DNA of 60,372 nucleotides, filler included, from 5 parts of 5 records of this genome joined end to end with filler, not necessarily neighbours in it, one strand, 5' to 3'. Positions 19,660-29,489 are shown, counted from the whole stretch's first letter. Numbers and translations are program-made. The notes: a model not told the origin generated them from the sequence alone.

Positions 19660-19946
19660 CGGAATGAATTGAACCAGCCCTGCGGGGGTCGTCTTGGGGC
19701 CAACGAAGAGTATGACGTATGATAGTGATATGTCAGTCTTGAACAGCTGACGTCGGAGGCGGCGCCACGCGGCTGGCAGCACCGGGGTGCATGAATTGAA
19801 TGAATGAATGAATGAATGAATTTATTCATTCGTTTGAGCCGGGTTAAGTTGACCAAACTTCATGTCGGCCCAGCGTGAGTGTCCGGCTCACAGGACTGCT
19901 GTGCGGGTTGGGCCGAGGGCTGGTTCAAACCAATAAATTCATTCAT
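19660..19946. repeat. (TGAA)n microsatellite with inverted-repeat copies
   Basis: ATGAATGAATTTATT (19812-19826) vs AATAAATTCATTCAT (19932-19946); TTGAACCAGCCC (19669-19680) vs GGGCTGGTTCAA (19917-19928). Confidence 0.65.
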
Positions 19947-20046
19947 NNNNNNNNNNNNNNNNNNNNNNNNNNNNNNNNNNNNNNNNNNNNTTAATTAATT
20001 AANNNNNNNNNNNNNNNNNNNNNNNNNNNNNNNNNNNNNNNNNNNN
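19947..20046. other. Artificial contig-join spacer
   Basis: N44-TTAATTAATTAA-N44. Confidence 0.97.
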
Positions 20047-20088
20047 CGCGCCCGCTTCCTCGCCCTGCTGCCCTACGCAGTGAAATAA
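20047..20088 (+). CDS. rpsR: 30S ribosomal protein S18, C-terminal fragment
   Basis: RARFLALLPYAVK* directly upstream of rplI, conserved rpsF-rpsR-rplI order. Confidence 0.88.
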   Translation, partial: RARFLALLPYAVK

Positions 20089-20100
20089 GGAGCCAAGTAC

Positions 20101-20730
20101 ATGCAACTGATCCTTCTCGAACGCGTGGCCAAACTGGGCCAGATGGGCGATGTCGTCGACGTCAAACCCGGCTTTGCACGCAACTACCTTCTGCCCCAGG
20201 GCAAGGCGCTGTCTGCTTCCGAGCAGAACATCGCTGACTTCGAAGCACGCAAAGTTGTGCTCGAAGCGCAGAACCTGGAGACCAAGAAAGAAGCCGAAGC
20301 ACTTGGCGACAAACTCAACGGCCAACAGTTCGTTGTGATTCGTCAGGCGTCGGATGGCGGCAACCTTTACGGTTCGGTCACCACCCGAGACGCAGCCGAA
20401 GCTGCCACAGCCGAAGGTTTCTCGCTGGACCGCAAACAGGTTGTCATCGTTCAGCCGATCAAACAGCTGGGCCTGCACGAAGTGACCGTCACCCTGCACC
20501 CCGAAGTCGAAGTGACAATCGAACTGAACGTCGCACGCTCGGTGGAAGAAGCCGAACTGCAAGCTTCCGGTAAATCGATCCAGGAACTGGCAGCGGAAGA
20601 AGAAGCCGCAGCCGATTTCGAAATCTCCGAGCTGTTCGAAGACATCGGTGCCGCGGCATCCGACGACGACGATCTGGCCGAAGCGGTTTCCGAAAAGTCC
20701 TCGGACGACGAAGAAACATCGAACAACTGA
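20101..20730 (+). CDS. rplI: 50S ribosomal protein L9 (acidic C-terminal tail typical of alphaproteobacteria)
   Basis: [59 protein letters not shown]. Confidence 0.98.
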   Translation: MQLILLERVAKLGQMGDVVDVKPGFARNYLLPQGKALSASEQNIADFEARKVVLEAQNLETKKEAEALGDKLNGQQFVVIRQASDGGNLYGSVTTRDAAEAATAEGFSLDRKQVVIVQPIKQLGLHEVTVTLHPEVEVTIELNVARSVEEAELQASGKSIQELAAEEEAAADFEISELFEDIGAAASDDDDLAEAVSEKSSDDEETSNN

Positions 20731-20759
20731 TCGCGTCACCACGCACAGTGATCCATGCC

Positions 20760-20787
20760 AAAGGCCGCCCCTCGGGGCGGCCTTTTT
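20760..20787 (+). terminator. Rho-independent terminator after rplI (probably bidirectional)
   Basis: AAAGGCCGCCCC-TC-GGGGCGGCCTTTTT. Confidence 0.85.
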
Positions 20788-20825
20788 CGTTTGATGCCGC
20801 GCGGCGCAGCGGCATGACCGAAGAG

Positions 20826-21164
20826 TCACGCCCTGTCGGCATCCGCGCCCAGCACATCCAGGGCCTTGTGGCTGGCATCGACACCCTGGATCAGGAACAC
20901 CTCGCCTTCTGAGTGATCCGTGCGCAGCGACAGCAACGCCTTGTAGTCGCGTGATGCGTACCATCCCTCCGCGTGCTCGTGGTCAGGAAAGGCGATGACA
21001 ATCAGGTCCCCGCGAAACTGCCCCTCCAGCATGTGTTTTTCCCCGCCGTGAATGATGAACTGTCCGCGGAATGGGGCCAGCGTGGCGTCTATCCTTTCAA
21101 GATAGGCAACGATATCCGGTCCCATCGCGATGTTGCGAAGATGGCCGACGGCATAACAGGTCAT
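20826..21164 (-). CDS. DUF1330 family protein
   Basis: YL..IDATLAPF.GQFIIHGG....LEG...LIVIAFP....A..WY.S..Y..L..LR. Confidence 0.85.
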   Translation of the reverse strand: MTCYAVGHLRNIAMGPDIVAYLERIDATLAPFRGQFIIHGGEKHMLEGQFRGDLIVIAFPDHEHAEGWYASRDYKALLSLRTDHSEGEVFLIQGVDASHKALDVLGADADRA

Positions 21165-21189
21165 GGCATGTTCTCCTGCGCTTTACGGC

Positions 21190-21588
21190 TTAGGAGGCAA
21201 CAGGCCGCTGCTGCACGGCGCCCCATTCCAGGGCGGCGAACACCAGAACGACAACGGCCTGCCCCACAAGGAAAAGCCACCCCAGCGCATTGGGTGCAAT
21301 CAGCCCGGCCAATGGCAGCGCCAGACTGGCCAGCACCCACAGCCCGTTTCCGACGACCACAAGGCCAGTGGCCCACATCGGAACGCGGCGTGCTTGAGCG
21401 CAGGCAAACATGAACCCCGCCACCGGAAACAGGACCAGCCCGGCCCAGAACAAGAGCGGCGCGCTGATCTGCGTCAGAGCCGACACCGGAGCGGAGACAA
21501 GCGCAAGCAAAGCCCCCATCGCGGCACAGGTGGCCGCATCAAGTTTCAGAATGGATTGCAGCGAAAGTTGAGAAGCTGATTTAATCAT
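21190..21588 (-). CDS. Small integral membrane protein (4 TM), hypothetical
   Basis: LDAATC..MG, GN.LWV.AS, QA.VV..FA.LEW; hydrophobic; AGGAA RBS. Confidence 0.75.
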   Translation of the reverse strand: MIKSASQLSLQSILKLDAATCAAMGALLALVSAPVSALTQISAPLLFWAGLVLFPVAGFMFACAQARRVPMWATGLVVVGNGLWVLASLALPLAGLIAPNALGWLFLVGQAVVVLVFAALEWGAVQQRPVAS

Positions 21589-21669
21589 GAACGTGTTCCT
21601 TTTTTCTGCGGTGCCCCAACCAACCGGGTCGGGCGATGTACGGAACTTCGTTACGAAAGGTAGTGAAGT

Positions 21670-21690
21670 CGATTACGTCACAGGTAATCG
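21670..21690. promoter_or_regulatory. Operator CGATTAC-N7-GTAATCG between divergent genes
   Basis: Perfect 7-bp inverted arms between the membrane protein gene and the XRE regulator. Confidence 0.65.
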
Positions 21691-21722
21691 TTGTGCAAAG
21701 AATGTCCGTCTAAGGTGCCTTT

Positions 21723-22529
21723 ATGATCGAAACACAAGAAACCGCAGGGCAATTGCTGCGCCAGTGGCGCGGCCGCAGACGTCTGAGCCAGCTGGACCTG
21801 TCCGCCGAGGCCGGTATCTCACAGCGCCATCTCAGCTTTGTGGAATCGGGACGTGCGCGCCCCAGCCGCGAGATGGTGATGCGGCTGTGTGAACAGCTGG
21901 ACGTGCCCCTGCGCGAGCGCAACGCGGTTCTGGTGGCCGCAGGCCATGCGCCGCACTACCCGCAGCACCCGTTGGACGCTCCGGCGCTGTCTCCCGCGCA
22001 GACGGTGATCGGGCAGATCCTGCAAGGTCACCTGCCCCATCCCGCGCTGGCGGTGAACCGCTATTGGGAGCTTCAGGCCGCCAATGCAGCGATCTTTGCG
22101 CTGCTGGACGATGTCGCGCCGCACCTGCTTGAGGGGACGGTGAATGTCCTGCGGCTCAGCATGCACCCCGAAGGGCTGGCCCCGCGCATTGTCAACTTTG
22201 CCGAATGGCGCGCCTATGTCCTCGCACGGCTCCTGCACGAGGTCGACCAGACCGCCGACCCCAGATTGCTGGCCCTGCACACCGAACTGGTCGCCCTGCC
22301 AGCCCCGGCGCACAGCCAGGCGATGCAACCATCGCCAGCAAACCCGACCCAGATTGCCGTCCCCCTCAAACTCAAAAGCCGCCACGGCCCATTGACCTTT
22401 CTTGGTACGACCACCGTGTTCGGAACGGCCGTTGACGTGACATTGTCCGAAGTGGCCATCGAGGCTTTCTTTCCCGCCGATCCCGAAACAGCCGCCGCAA
22501 TGACGCGGCTGATATCCGAAGCTGGTTGA
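21723..22529 (+). CDS. XRE-family HTH regulator with MmyB-like ligand-binding domain
   Basis: LRQWR.RRRLSQLDL...AGISQRHLSFVESGR..PSR, LRERN.VL.AAG, PALAV, F..TTTVFGT..DVTL.E. Confidence 0.9.
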   Translation: MIETQETAGQLLRQWRGRRRLSQLDLSAEAGISQRHLSFVESGRARPSREMVMRLCEQLDVPLRERNAVLVAAGHAPHYPQHPLDAPALSPAQTVIGQILQGHLPHPALAVNRYWELQAANAAIFALLDDVAPHLLEGTVNVLRLSMHPEGLAPRIVNFAEWRAYVLARLLHEVDQTADPRLLALHTELVALPAPAHSQAMQPSPANPTQIAVPLKLKSRHGPLTFLGTTTVFGTAVDVTLSEVAIEAFFPADPETAAAMTRLISEAG

Positions 22530-22681
22530 GAGGGCGCGCCCCGCTGTGCGCAAGGTAACCCAACGCCCCCACATTCCCCCCATTGACGCCAGCATCCGCG
22601 CACAGGCATCATTCCGGCCTGTCATGCCCCTGTCACAGACCGCAGCGATAGCCGGTCCCAGATGTACCAAAGGATCACGTC

Positions 22682-24640
22682 ATGCCCTTCACCCTCTCAC
22701 GCCGCGCCTTTATCGCCAGTTCCGCCAGCCTGCTGGCCGTACACCCGTTTTCGGCCAATGCCACCGCCAATCAGGCGCACCTGCGGCTGATGGAAACCAC
22801 CGACCTGCACGTCCATGTCTTTCCCTACGACTATTACGCCGACAAACCGGTGGACACCGTGGGGCTTGCCCGCACCGCGTCGATCATCAAGGACATCCGC
22901 GCCGAGGCCACGAACTCGCTGCTGCTGGACAACGGCGACTTTCTTCAAGGCAACCCGATGGGCGATTACATCGCCTATGAACGCGGGATGAAAGCGGGCG
23001 ACATGCACCCCGTCATCGCCGCCATGAACACGCTGGGTTTTGACGCCTCGACGCTGGGCAACCACGAATTCAACTACGGTCTCGATTTCCTGATGAAATC
23101 GCTGGCCGGTGCGAACTATCCCGTTGTCTCGGCCAATGTGGTCAAGGAGATGGGCAGTGACCCGACCAAGGACACAACGCTGATCGAACCCTATGTGCTG
23201 ATCGACCGCATGATCACCGATGGCGCGGGCAACAGCCACCCGATCAAGATCGGTCTGATCGGTTTTGTCCCGCCGCAGATCATGAACTGGGACCGCCGTC
23301 ACCTGGAAGGCAACGTGCAGACCCGCGATATTGTACAAACTGCGCAGGCTTATGTACCACAAATGAAAGAACAGGGTGCCGACATCATCATCGCCCTGTC
23401 CCACTCGGGCATCGGTGCCGCAGACCACAGCGAGGGCATGGAAAACGCATCCGTCCCGCTCGCTGCCGTTGACGGCATCGACGCGATCATGACCGGTCAC
23501 AGCCATCTGGTGTTCCCATCGGCCACCTATACCGAATATGCCGCCGTCGACGCGGACGCAGGCACCATCCACGGCAAACCGGCCACCATGGGCGGGTTCT
23601 GGGGCAGCCACATGGGTCTGATCGACCTGATGCTGGAACGCGACGGCAACGGCTGGCGCATCGCAGGGTCGGCCTCCGAGGCGCGCCCCATCTCCAAGCG
23701 CAACGAAGACCGCAGCGTCACCGCGCTGGTGGAAAGCGATCCCGAAGTGTTGGCCTCGGTGCAGGCGGAGCATGACGCCACGCTGGCCTATGTCCGCCGC
23801 GCCGTGGGCAAGACCGACGCACCGCTGCACAGCTATTTCGCACTGGTGGCGGATGATCCGTCCGTCCAGATCGTGTCGATTGCCCAGACATGGTACATCG
23901 CGCAGATGATGAAGGGCACCGAATACGAGGACCTGCCGATCCTCTCCGCCGCCGCCCCGTTCAAGGCCGGCGGTCGTGGTGGTCCTGAATACTACACCGA
24001 CGTACCCAAGGGCGACGTGGCGATCAAGAACGTCTCGGACCTCTATCTCTACCCCAACACCGCGCGCGCCGTTCTGGTGACGGGCGCGGAGGTCAAGGAC
24101 TGGCTGGAACGCTCGGCGGGCATGTTCAATCAGGTCACACCCGGCGAGGCGGACCAGATGCTGCTGAACCCCGAGTTTCCCAGCTACAACTTTGATGTGA
24201 TGGACGGTGTGACCTATCAGATCGACCTGTCGCAACCATCGAAATTCGACAGCAAGGGTGAGGTCATCAACCCCGATGCCAACCGGATTGTGAACCTGAA
24301 CTTTGACGGGAAACCCATTGATCCGACTGCGAAATTCATCGTCGCCACCAACAACTACCGCGCCAGTGGCGGTGGTGCTTTCCCTGGTGCCATGGGCGAC
24401 AGCATCGTGTTTGAAGGCCCCGACACCAACCGCGATGTGATCGTGCGCTATATCGTCGAACAGGGCACCATCAGCCCCCGCGCGGATGCCAACTGGACCT
24501 TCGCGCCCGTCGACGGGGCCAGCGTTCTGTTCGACACCGGCCCCAAGGCTGCGGACTATGTGGCCGATGTCAAAGGTGTGGATATCGCCCCCGCAGGCGA
24601 AGGCGACGACGGCTTCGCCCGCTTCCGCATCCAGCTGTAA
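22682..24640 (+). CDS. cpdB: Bifunctional 2',3'-cyclic-nucleotide 2'-phosphodiesterase/3'-nucleotidase, Tat-exported
   Basis: SRRAFI Tat motif, [54 protein letters not shown]. Confidence 0.95.
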   Translation: MPFTLSRRAFIASSASLLAVHPFSANATANQAHLRLMETTDLHVHVFPYDYYADKPVDTVGLARTASIIKDIRAEATNSLLLDNGDFLQGNPMGDYIAYERGMKAGDMHPVIAAMNTLGFDASTLGNHEFNYGLDFLMKSLAGANYPVVSANVVKEMGSDPTKDTTLIEPYVLIDRMITDGAGNSHPIKIGLIGFVPPQIMNWDRRHLEGNVQTRDIVQTAQAYVPQMKEQGADIIIALSHSGIGAADHSEGMENASVPLAAVDGIDAIMTGHSHLVFPSATYTEYAAVDADAGTIHGKPATMGGFWGSHMGLIDLMLERDGNGWRIAGSASEARPISKRNEDRSVTALVESDPEVLASVQAEHDATLAYVRRAVGKTDAPLHSYFALVADDPSVQIVSIAQTWYIAQMMKGTEYEDLPILSAAAPFKAGGRGGPEYYTDVPKGDVAIKNVSDLYLYPNTARAVLVTGAEVKDWLERSAGMFNQVTPGEADQMLLNPEFPSYNFDVMDGVTYQIDLSQPSKFDSKGEVINPDANRIVNLNFDGKPIDPTAKFIVATNNYRASGGGAFPGAMGDSIVFEGPDTNRDVIVRYIVEQGTISPRADANWTFAPVDGASVLFDTGPKAADYVADVKGVDIAPAGEGDDGFARFRIQL

Positions 24641-24655
24641 CACCACGCCCCCGGC

Positions 24656-24677
24656 CCAAGGCGCACAAGCGCCTTGG
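24656..24677. terminator. Hairpin downstream of cpdB
   Basis: CCAAGGCGC-ACAA-GCGCCTTGG; no U-tract. Confidence 0.4.
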
Positions 24678-24789
24678 CGCTCACCCACCGCTCACATCGG
24701 CGTGTTCGCGCCCATGGCGGCAAGGTGTCTGGCCGGAATCACTCTGATCGGCCTACATCGCTGGCATATTCACTGTTCACGGTCATAGT

Positions 24790-25275
24790 ATGCCTTCATT
24801 CACCCGTCGCACCGCACTGCTGATGCTGGCCTGTGCCCCTGCCCTGTCCGCGTGCAGCGCAGCGCCCACCGCGGAAAAAGGCCCCGGTTTCATGGAACCG
24901 CCGCTGTACCCCAACGAGACGCCGGAACTGCGTCGCCTGATCAACAAATACGCCGACGCCTACGAAGTCCCGCGCCCGTTGATCCACCGCCTTGCCATAC
25001 GCGAAAGCACCCACAACCCCAAAGCCCGGAACGGCCCCTATTACGGCCTGTTGCAGATCCTGCCTGCAACAGCCCGCAGCATGGGTCACAAAGGGTCGGC
25101 CTCGGATTTGCTGGATGCCGAAACCAACCTGAAATACGGCGTGAAATACCTGCGCGGCGCGTGGTTGCTGTCCGACGGCGATATGAGCACCGCGATCCAC
25201 TGGTACGCGCGCGGGTATTACTACGAGGCCAAGAAGCGCGGGATGTTGGTGGAAACCGGCCTGCGCAAGGGCTGA
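24790..25275 (+). CDS. Lytic transglycosylase (SLT domain) lipoprotein
   Basis: RR + LSAC lipobox; RES (catalytic Glu), GLLQI, LLDAETNLKYG.KYL. Confidence 0.88.
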   Translation: MPSFTRRTALLMLACAPALSACSAAPTAEKGPGFMEPPLYPNETPELRRLINKYADAYEVPRPLIHRLAIRESTHNPKARNGPYYGLLQILPATARSMGHKGSASDLLDAETNLKYGVKYLRGAWLLSDGDMSTAIHWYARGYYYEAKKRGMLVETGLRKG

Positions 25276-25401
25276 GGAACGAAACCGACCCGCTAGCAAG
25301 GTGCGCAACACCATCGGCCCTTGGGTGTTCGTAAAGCGATCACCTGCCGCTCAGAAGGTCAGTTTTCGCTGCTACAGGTCTGGCCTGCGGTCACGATCCA
25401 T

Positions 25402-25782
25402 TCATGTGTCATCTTCCTGGCGGAAAACATCCAGCGCCACATTCAAAGCGTTGATGGCTGCGGGAAACCCGCCATAAAGCGACATCTGCCAAATCACTTC
25501 CGCAATTTCCGTTTCGGTCAAGCCAGCTTTCAGACCCGCAGAAATATTGATCCTAAGCTGTGGTGCCGTCTGCCCCCCAAGGGCTGTCAGCGCTGCAATG
25601 GTTGCAAGGTAGCGGTCCCGCAGGGCAAGACCCGGACGGCAATATTGTTGACCACAGGCAAAATCCACAACGCTTTGCGGCATGCCTGGCAGCAGGGCAC
25701 CGTAGCGTTCTTCAAGGGCCTGTTCCATTCCGGGGTTGAGGGCTTCGGCCAATTCGCGACCGCGCGCATATGTATCGTTCAT
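25402..25782 (-). CDS. Carboxymuconolactone decarboxylase (CMD/AhpD-like) family protein
   Basis: RPGL..RDR.LATIAAL.ALG, QL..I..GL..GLT..EI.EVI.Q..LY.GFPAA.NA. Confidence 0.88.
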   Translation of the reverse strand: MNDTYARGRELAEALNPGMEQALEERYGALLPGMPQSVVDFACGQQYCRPGLALRDRYLATIAALTALGGQTAPQLRINISAGLKAGLTETEIAEVIWQMSLYGGFPAAINALNVALDVFRQEDDT

Positions 25783-25839
25783 AACGGTTTTCCTGATTTA
25801 GAATTTTTCGTGCTGGCCCCTTGGGTGCCAGCACCCCGT

Positions 25840-26688
25840 TCAGGGATAGTCCCGAGAAATCAACGTGCCATCGAGCATCATTGGCAGGTAGAGAGTGCTT
25901 CCATCAGAAGAAATATCGGCAAGTCCCGGCGCAAATTGGGCCGTCTGCTGTGCCGCGCCGTCACGCCCGATCTCAAACAGCCCGCCCGTCACCCAATCGC
26001 TCACGAGGATTGCCTCGTCGATCCGGGTAATACCGTCGATGTTGCCGATTTCCGGAGCGATGACGCTGATCTCCTTCGTATCCAATGAAACAGACAGCAG
26101 CGACCCGGGCGTTTCTGTTGTGAAATCGTCGCGCAAGCCCGCGCCCCACGACCCGACAAGCAAACGGTCGCCATCGAGAAAAACGCCGTTGGGGTGGGCA
26201 AGCTGCGGATCACTGAGCCAGAGGGTGAACGCACCATCAGCGTAGCGCCACAGGCTGTCCGTCATCATGTCGCTCACAAAGGCGACCTCTCCATCGGAAG
26301 TGACGTCATTGAGAAAAACGGCCTCGGGCATGGCAATGGACCGGCGTATTTCTCCTGTCGCAAGGTCGACCTCGTGCAGTCGGGTCAGATCGGCGACCAG
26401 CAACATGTCACCTACGATCGCCATTCCTTTCGGTGCATCCAACCCCTCCGCCCAATTGGCGTCGATCACGTCACCCTCCGGCGACAAAAGCACAAGGCTG
26501 CCCTGCCCGTCGGCAGCACCCGGATTGCCGATGATGGTGCTGAGAATGATCCGGTTTCGCGCCGTATCGAACACGGCCGATTCCGGCATGTCGAAACCGC
26601 CCGCAGTCCAGTTTTCATCCGCCAGTACGGCGCTTGTGTTCAGGAGCAGAGCCAGCCCTGCCAACATCGATTTCTTGATCATATCCAA
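25840..26688 (-). CDS. Secreted SMP-30/gluconolactonase-like beta-propeller protein
   Basis: Signal peptide; F.MPES, GL.APKGM, FLNDV, PNG, DG, ADI propeller motifs. Confidence 0.8.
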   Translation of the reverse strand: MDMIKKSMLAGLALLLNTSAVLADENWTAGGFDMPESAVFDTARNRIILSTIIGNPGAADGQGSLVLLSPEGDVIDANWAEGLDAPKGMAIVGDMLLVADLTRLHEVDLATGEIRRSIAMPEAVFLNDVTSDGEVAFVSDMMTDSLWRYADGAFTLWLSDPQLAHPNGVFLDGDRLLVGSWGAGLRDDFTTETPGSLLSVSLDTKEISVIAPEIGNIDGITRIDEAILVSDWVTGGLFEIGRDGAAQQTAQFAPGLADISSDGSTLYLPMMLDGTLISRDYP

Positions 26689-26750
26689 ATCCTCATTTGA
26701 CCTGAGTTGAGTTACTGATAATGATCGAAATGGAGAATATTTAACTTTCC

Positions 26751-26769
26751 GGTATCAGTTTTCGATACC
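26751..26769. promoter_or_regulatory. Operator GGTATC-N7-GATACC between divergent propeller gene and XRE regulator
   Basis: Perfect inverted arms in the short divergent intergenic region. Confidence 0.6.
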
Positions 26770-26801
26770 AAAATGCGAAAAGCAGCATCAGAGAGGCCGC
26801 C

Positions 26802-27539
26802 GTGCAAGCCAGGATTTTCGAAACACTCAAGACGGTGTTGCGGGCGCGCAAGATCACCTATGCAGAGCTTGCCCGCAGGCTTGATACGTCCGAGCCGACG
26901 ATCAAACGCGTGTTTGCCGCACGCGACGACAAGCTAAGCAGGATCGTCGAAATCTGCGATGCGCTGGGATTGTCGCTGGAAGACGTGGTGGCACAGGCCA
27001 AACGCACGACGGTCGCGCCGGTCATGCTCGGGGACCGTATCGAGGCGCAACTGGCCGGTGATCCCTCGCTGTTCAATTTCTTCATTCTGCTGCACGATGG
27101 CATGCCCGTCGAGGAAATCGCGCGGCAGTTCAAGTTGGAGCCGGGCGATACGCTCAGGATGGGGCAGCAACTTGAACGGCTCGGGCTTGCTGAAGTGCAG
27201 GCAACCGGACGCATCCGCCTGCTTTTGGACCACCCGATCCAGTTCAGGCGCGACGGGCCGTTGCACCGTGCCCTGATGAAGATCAACCTCGACTTTGTCC
27301 GTCAGGTGTTTCTGGCGCCGGACACCGAGGCTGCGGCCTTCCTGACCCAGTCACGCCGGATATCGGACGATACAGCCCGCCATATGATGACCGAGTTGCG
27401 CAAGTTGAACCGCGCGCTGTCCGAAATGGCGCGACAGGATCAGCTGACGCTGCCCGCGTCTGCGCTCAAGAGCTACAAGCTCAGTCTGGCCTGGTCCCAT
27501 GTCCAATTCTCCAGCCTGCTAACCATTGAGGGCAAATAG
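26802..27539 (+). CDS. XRE/Cro-type HTH transcriptional regulator
   Basis: LK.VLR.RKITYAELA..L..SEPTIKR.F, L..I..IC..L; GAGG RBS before GTG. Confidence 0.85.
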   Translation: MQARIFETLKTVLRARKITYAELARRLDTSEPTIKRVFAARDDKLSRIVEICDALGLSLEDVVAQAKRTTVAPVMLGDRIEAQLAGDPSLFNFFILLHDGMPVEEIARQFKLEPGDTLRMGQQLERLGLAEVQATGRIRLLLDHPIQFRRDGPLHRALMKINLDFVRQVFLAPDTEAAAFLTQSRRISDDTARHMMTELRKLNRALSEMARQDQLTLPASALKSYKLSLAWSHVQFSSLLTIEGK

Positions 27540-27655
27540 CGGATCCAATCGGTCCACGCTGGTTTTAAGGATCAGTCAGATCGGGTCGCGATTGCCCGAC
27601 GTTCGCCCCACCCGGACGGGCCGCCGCAGCGCTCTATGACAAGACACACAAAACG

Positions 27656-27684
27656 AAAAAGGCCGCCCCGAAAGGCGGCCTTTT
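27656..27684 (-). terminator. Rho-independent terminator after tig (bidirectional)
   Basis: AAAAAGGCCGCC-CCGAAA-GGCGGCCTTTT. Confidence 0.85.
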
Positions 27685-27715
27685 CCAATTCCAGACCCGT
27701 AGGCCGGTGAAAGAC

Positions 27716-28015
27716 TTATTCGTCTTCCAGCGCCTCGACGGCTTTTTGCAGATCGTCTTTCGAGATTTCTTTCTCGGTGACGGCTGCATTGTCAAAGACG
27801 TAGTCCACAACCTTGTCTTCGAACAGCGGCGCGCGCAGCTGTTGCTGCATTTGCGGGTTCTGCTGCACGAATTCAAAGAACTGGCGTTCCTGACCGGGGT
27901 ACTGACGCGCCTGGTTCATGACGGCCTGGCTCATCTCGGCGTCGGTCACTTCGACCTCGGCCTTTTGACCCAGTTCGGCCAGCAACAGGCCCAGACGCAC
28001 GCGGCGCTCGGCCAG
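27716..28015 (-). CDS. tig: Trigger factor, C-terminal part (5' truncated)
   Basis: [16 protein letters not shown]...ARQYPGQE...[12 protein letters not shown]. Confidence 0.95.
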   Translation of the reverse strand: MAERRVRLGLLLAELGQKAEVEVTDAEMSQAVMNQARQYPGQERQFFEFVQQNPQMQQQLRAPLFEDKVVDYVFDNAAVTEKEISKDDLQKAVEALEDE

Positions 28016-28115
28016 NNNNNNNNNNNNNNNNNNNNNNNNNNNNNNNNNNNNNNNNNNNNTTAATTAATTAANNNNNNNNNNNNNNNNNNNNNNNNNNNNN
28101 NNNNNNNNNNNNNNN
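28016..28115. other. Artificial contig-join spacer
   Basis: N44-TTAATTAATTAA-N44. Confidence 0.97.
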
Positions 28116-28140
28116 GGATCCCGGCCTTGAGCCGGGATCC
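28116..28140. repeat. REP-like palindrome GGATCCCGGC-CTTGA-GCCGGGATCC at contig end
   Basis: Perfect 10-bp stem; related to the units at 34698-34807. Confidence 0.7.
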
Positions 28141-28172
28141 AGGGCAACATTCGTCCGAGGGCGTGAGCGCCC

Positions 28173-29435
28173 TCATACTCTGGCAAAGGCAGCGCTGGCA
28201 TGCGTGCCTCCTGTCCGGTTGCCGGATTGGTCGGTCGTACCAACAATATCGGCGGAGACCAGGGCATCGATCTCGTCCTCCGACAGTCCGAGGTCGGCCA
28301 GCACTTCCCGCGAATGTTCCCCGAGGCGCGGGGGTGGCGAGGTGGGCGCGATCGCGGCGCCGTTGGCCTTGAAGCCTGCGGTCGGGACATGGACCGTCAT
28401 GCCGGGCACCCCCTCGATCGGCATGGTGAACTGGCGGGCCACGGCGTGCTCTTCCGCCAGCATTTCGGAAAGATTGCGGACCCGGCCGGCGGGTACGCCG
28501 ACGGCGTTGAGGTCTTCCTCCCATTCACGCGCGGGGCGGGTCAGCAGGGTGGCTTCGAGTATGGGGCGCAATCCGTTCAACTCGCCTTTGGCAGCCATCG
28601 GGTCGATCCGCGCCTTTTCGGCAAGATCGGACAGGCCGAGCGTTTCGAGCAACGGTATGATCTGGCGAAGGTTGTTTGCCGCCAGCATCAACAGTCCGTC
28701 GGAGGTCTGGAAGCAGCCCGATGTCGGGCTTCGGCTCCAGGCTTCATTGCCCGAGGGCTCGGGCGCCCAGCCGGAACTGAGATGGCTGGTCAGCAGCGAG
28801 GCCATGAGCATCATCGACGTGTCGAGCATGGCGACGTCCAGGTGCACGCCTTCACCGGTGGCGCGCCTCTGGTGCAGCGCGGCGGAGATGGCATAGGCCG
28901 CATTCAGGCCGGTGGCGAAGTCGACATAGGGCGCACCGACCTTTGTCGGCCCGCTTTCGGGGGTCCCCGTCGTACCCATGATGCCGCACATGCCCTGGAT
29001 CACATGGTCATAGGCGCCGCGCCGGCTATAGGGGCCGTCCTGCCCGAATGCCGAGATCGAGCAATAGATCAGGTCGGGTTTGACGACCTTCATATCGTCA
29101 TAGCCGAGCCCGTTGCGGACCATCGTGCCCGGGCGCATGTTCTCGATGAACACGTCGGCGGTCGCGGTGAGACGCTTGAGGATATCGCGTCCCTCGGGGC
29201 TCTTGATATTCAGCGCAACCGAGCGCTTGGAGGCATTCTGCGACATGTAGGAAAGCCCCATGCCGGCTTCGTTGAGTTCGGGAATCTGGCCGCCCTTGCG
29301 GGTCCAGTCGCCGATACCCGGCACCTCGATCTTGATGACGTCGGCCCCCAGCAGGGCCAGTTGATATCCGGCATAGGGGCCGGCAAGAACCTGACTGGTG
29401 TCGATGACGCGGAGGCCTTTGAGGGGCTCGAACAC
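28173..29435 (-). CDS. CaiB/BaiF family III CoA-transferase
   Basis: PL.GLRVID.SQVLAGP, LGADVIKIE, KRSVALN, DVFIEN.RPG, YD, GAPYVD (catalytic Asp), PP.LGEH. Confidence 0.93.
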   Translation of the reverse strand: MFEPLKGLRVIDTSQVLAGPYAGYQLALLGADVIKIEVPGIGDWTRKGGQIPELNEAGMGLSYMSQNASKRSVALNIKSPEGRDILKRLTATADVFIENMRPGTMVRNGLGYDDMKVVKPDLIYCSISAFGQDGPYSRRGAYDHVIQGMCGIMGTTGTPESGPTKVGAPYVDFATGLNAAYAISAALHQRRATGEGVHLDVAMLDTSMMLMASLLTSHLSSGWAPEPSGNEAWSRSPTSGCFQTSDGLLMLAANNLRQIIPLLETLGLSDLAEKARIDPMAAKGELNGLRPILEATLLTRPAREWEEDLNAVGVPAGRVRNLSEMLAEEHAVARQFTMPIEGVPGMTVHVPTAGFKANGAAIAPTSPPPRLGEHSREVLADLGLSEDEIDALVSADIVGTTDQSGNRTGGTHASAAFARV

Positions 29436-29489
29436 GGATGATACTCCCGGAAATTCCGGGACGCGACCATCGCGCCCCGGGGATGGTGT

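Noticed and set aside
12673..19946. Eukaryote-to-bacterium horizontal transfer
   Set aside because: The eukaryotic segment is bounded by artificial linkers on both sides; there is no physical linkage to bacterial DNA
22697..24688. Long antisense ORFs (663 aa here; also 9033-10187, 28200-29441, 30575-32026, 34668-35999, 36048-37082)
   Set aside because: Shadow frames opposite well-supported high-GC genes
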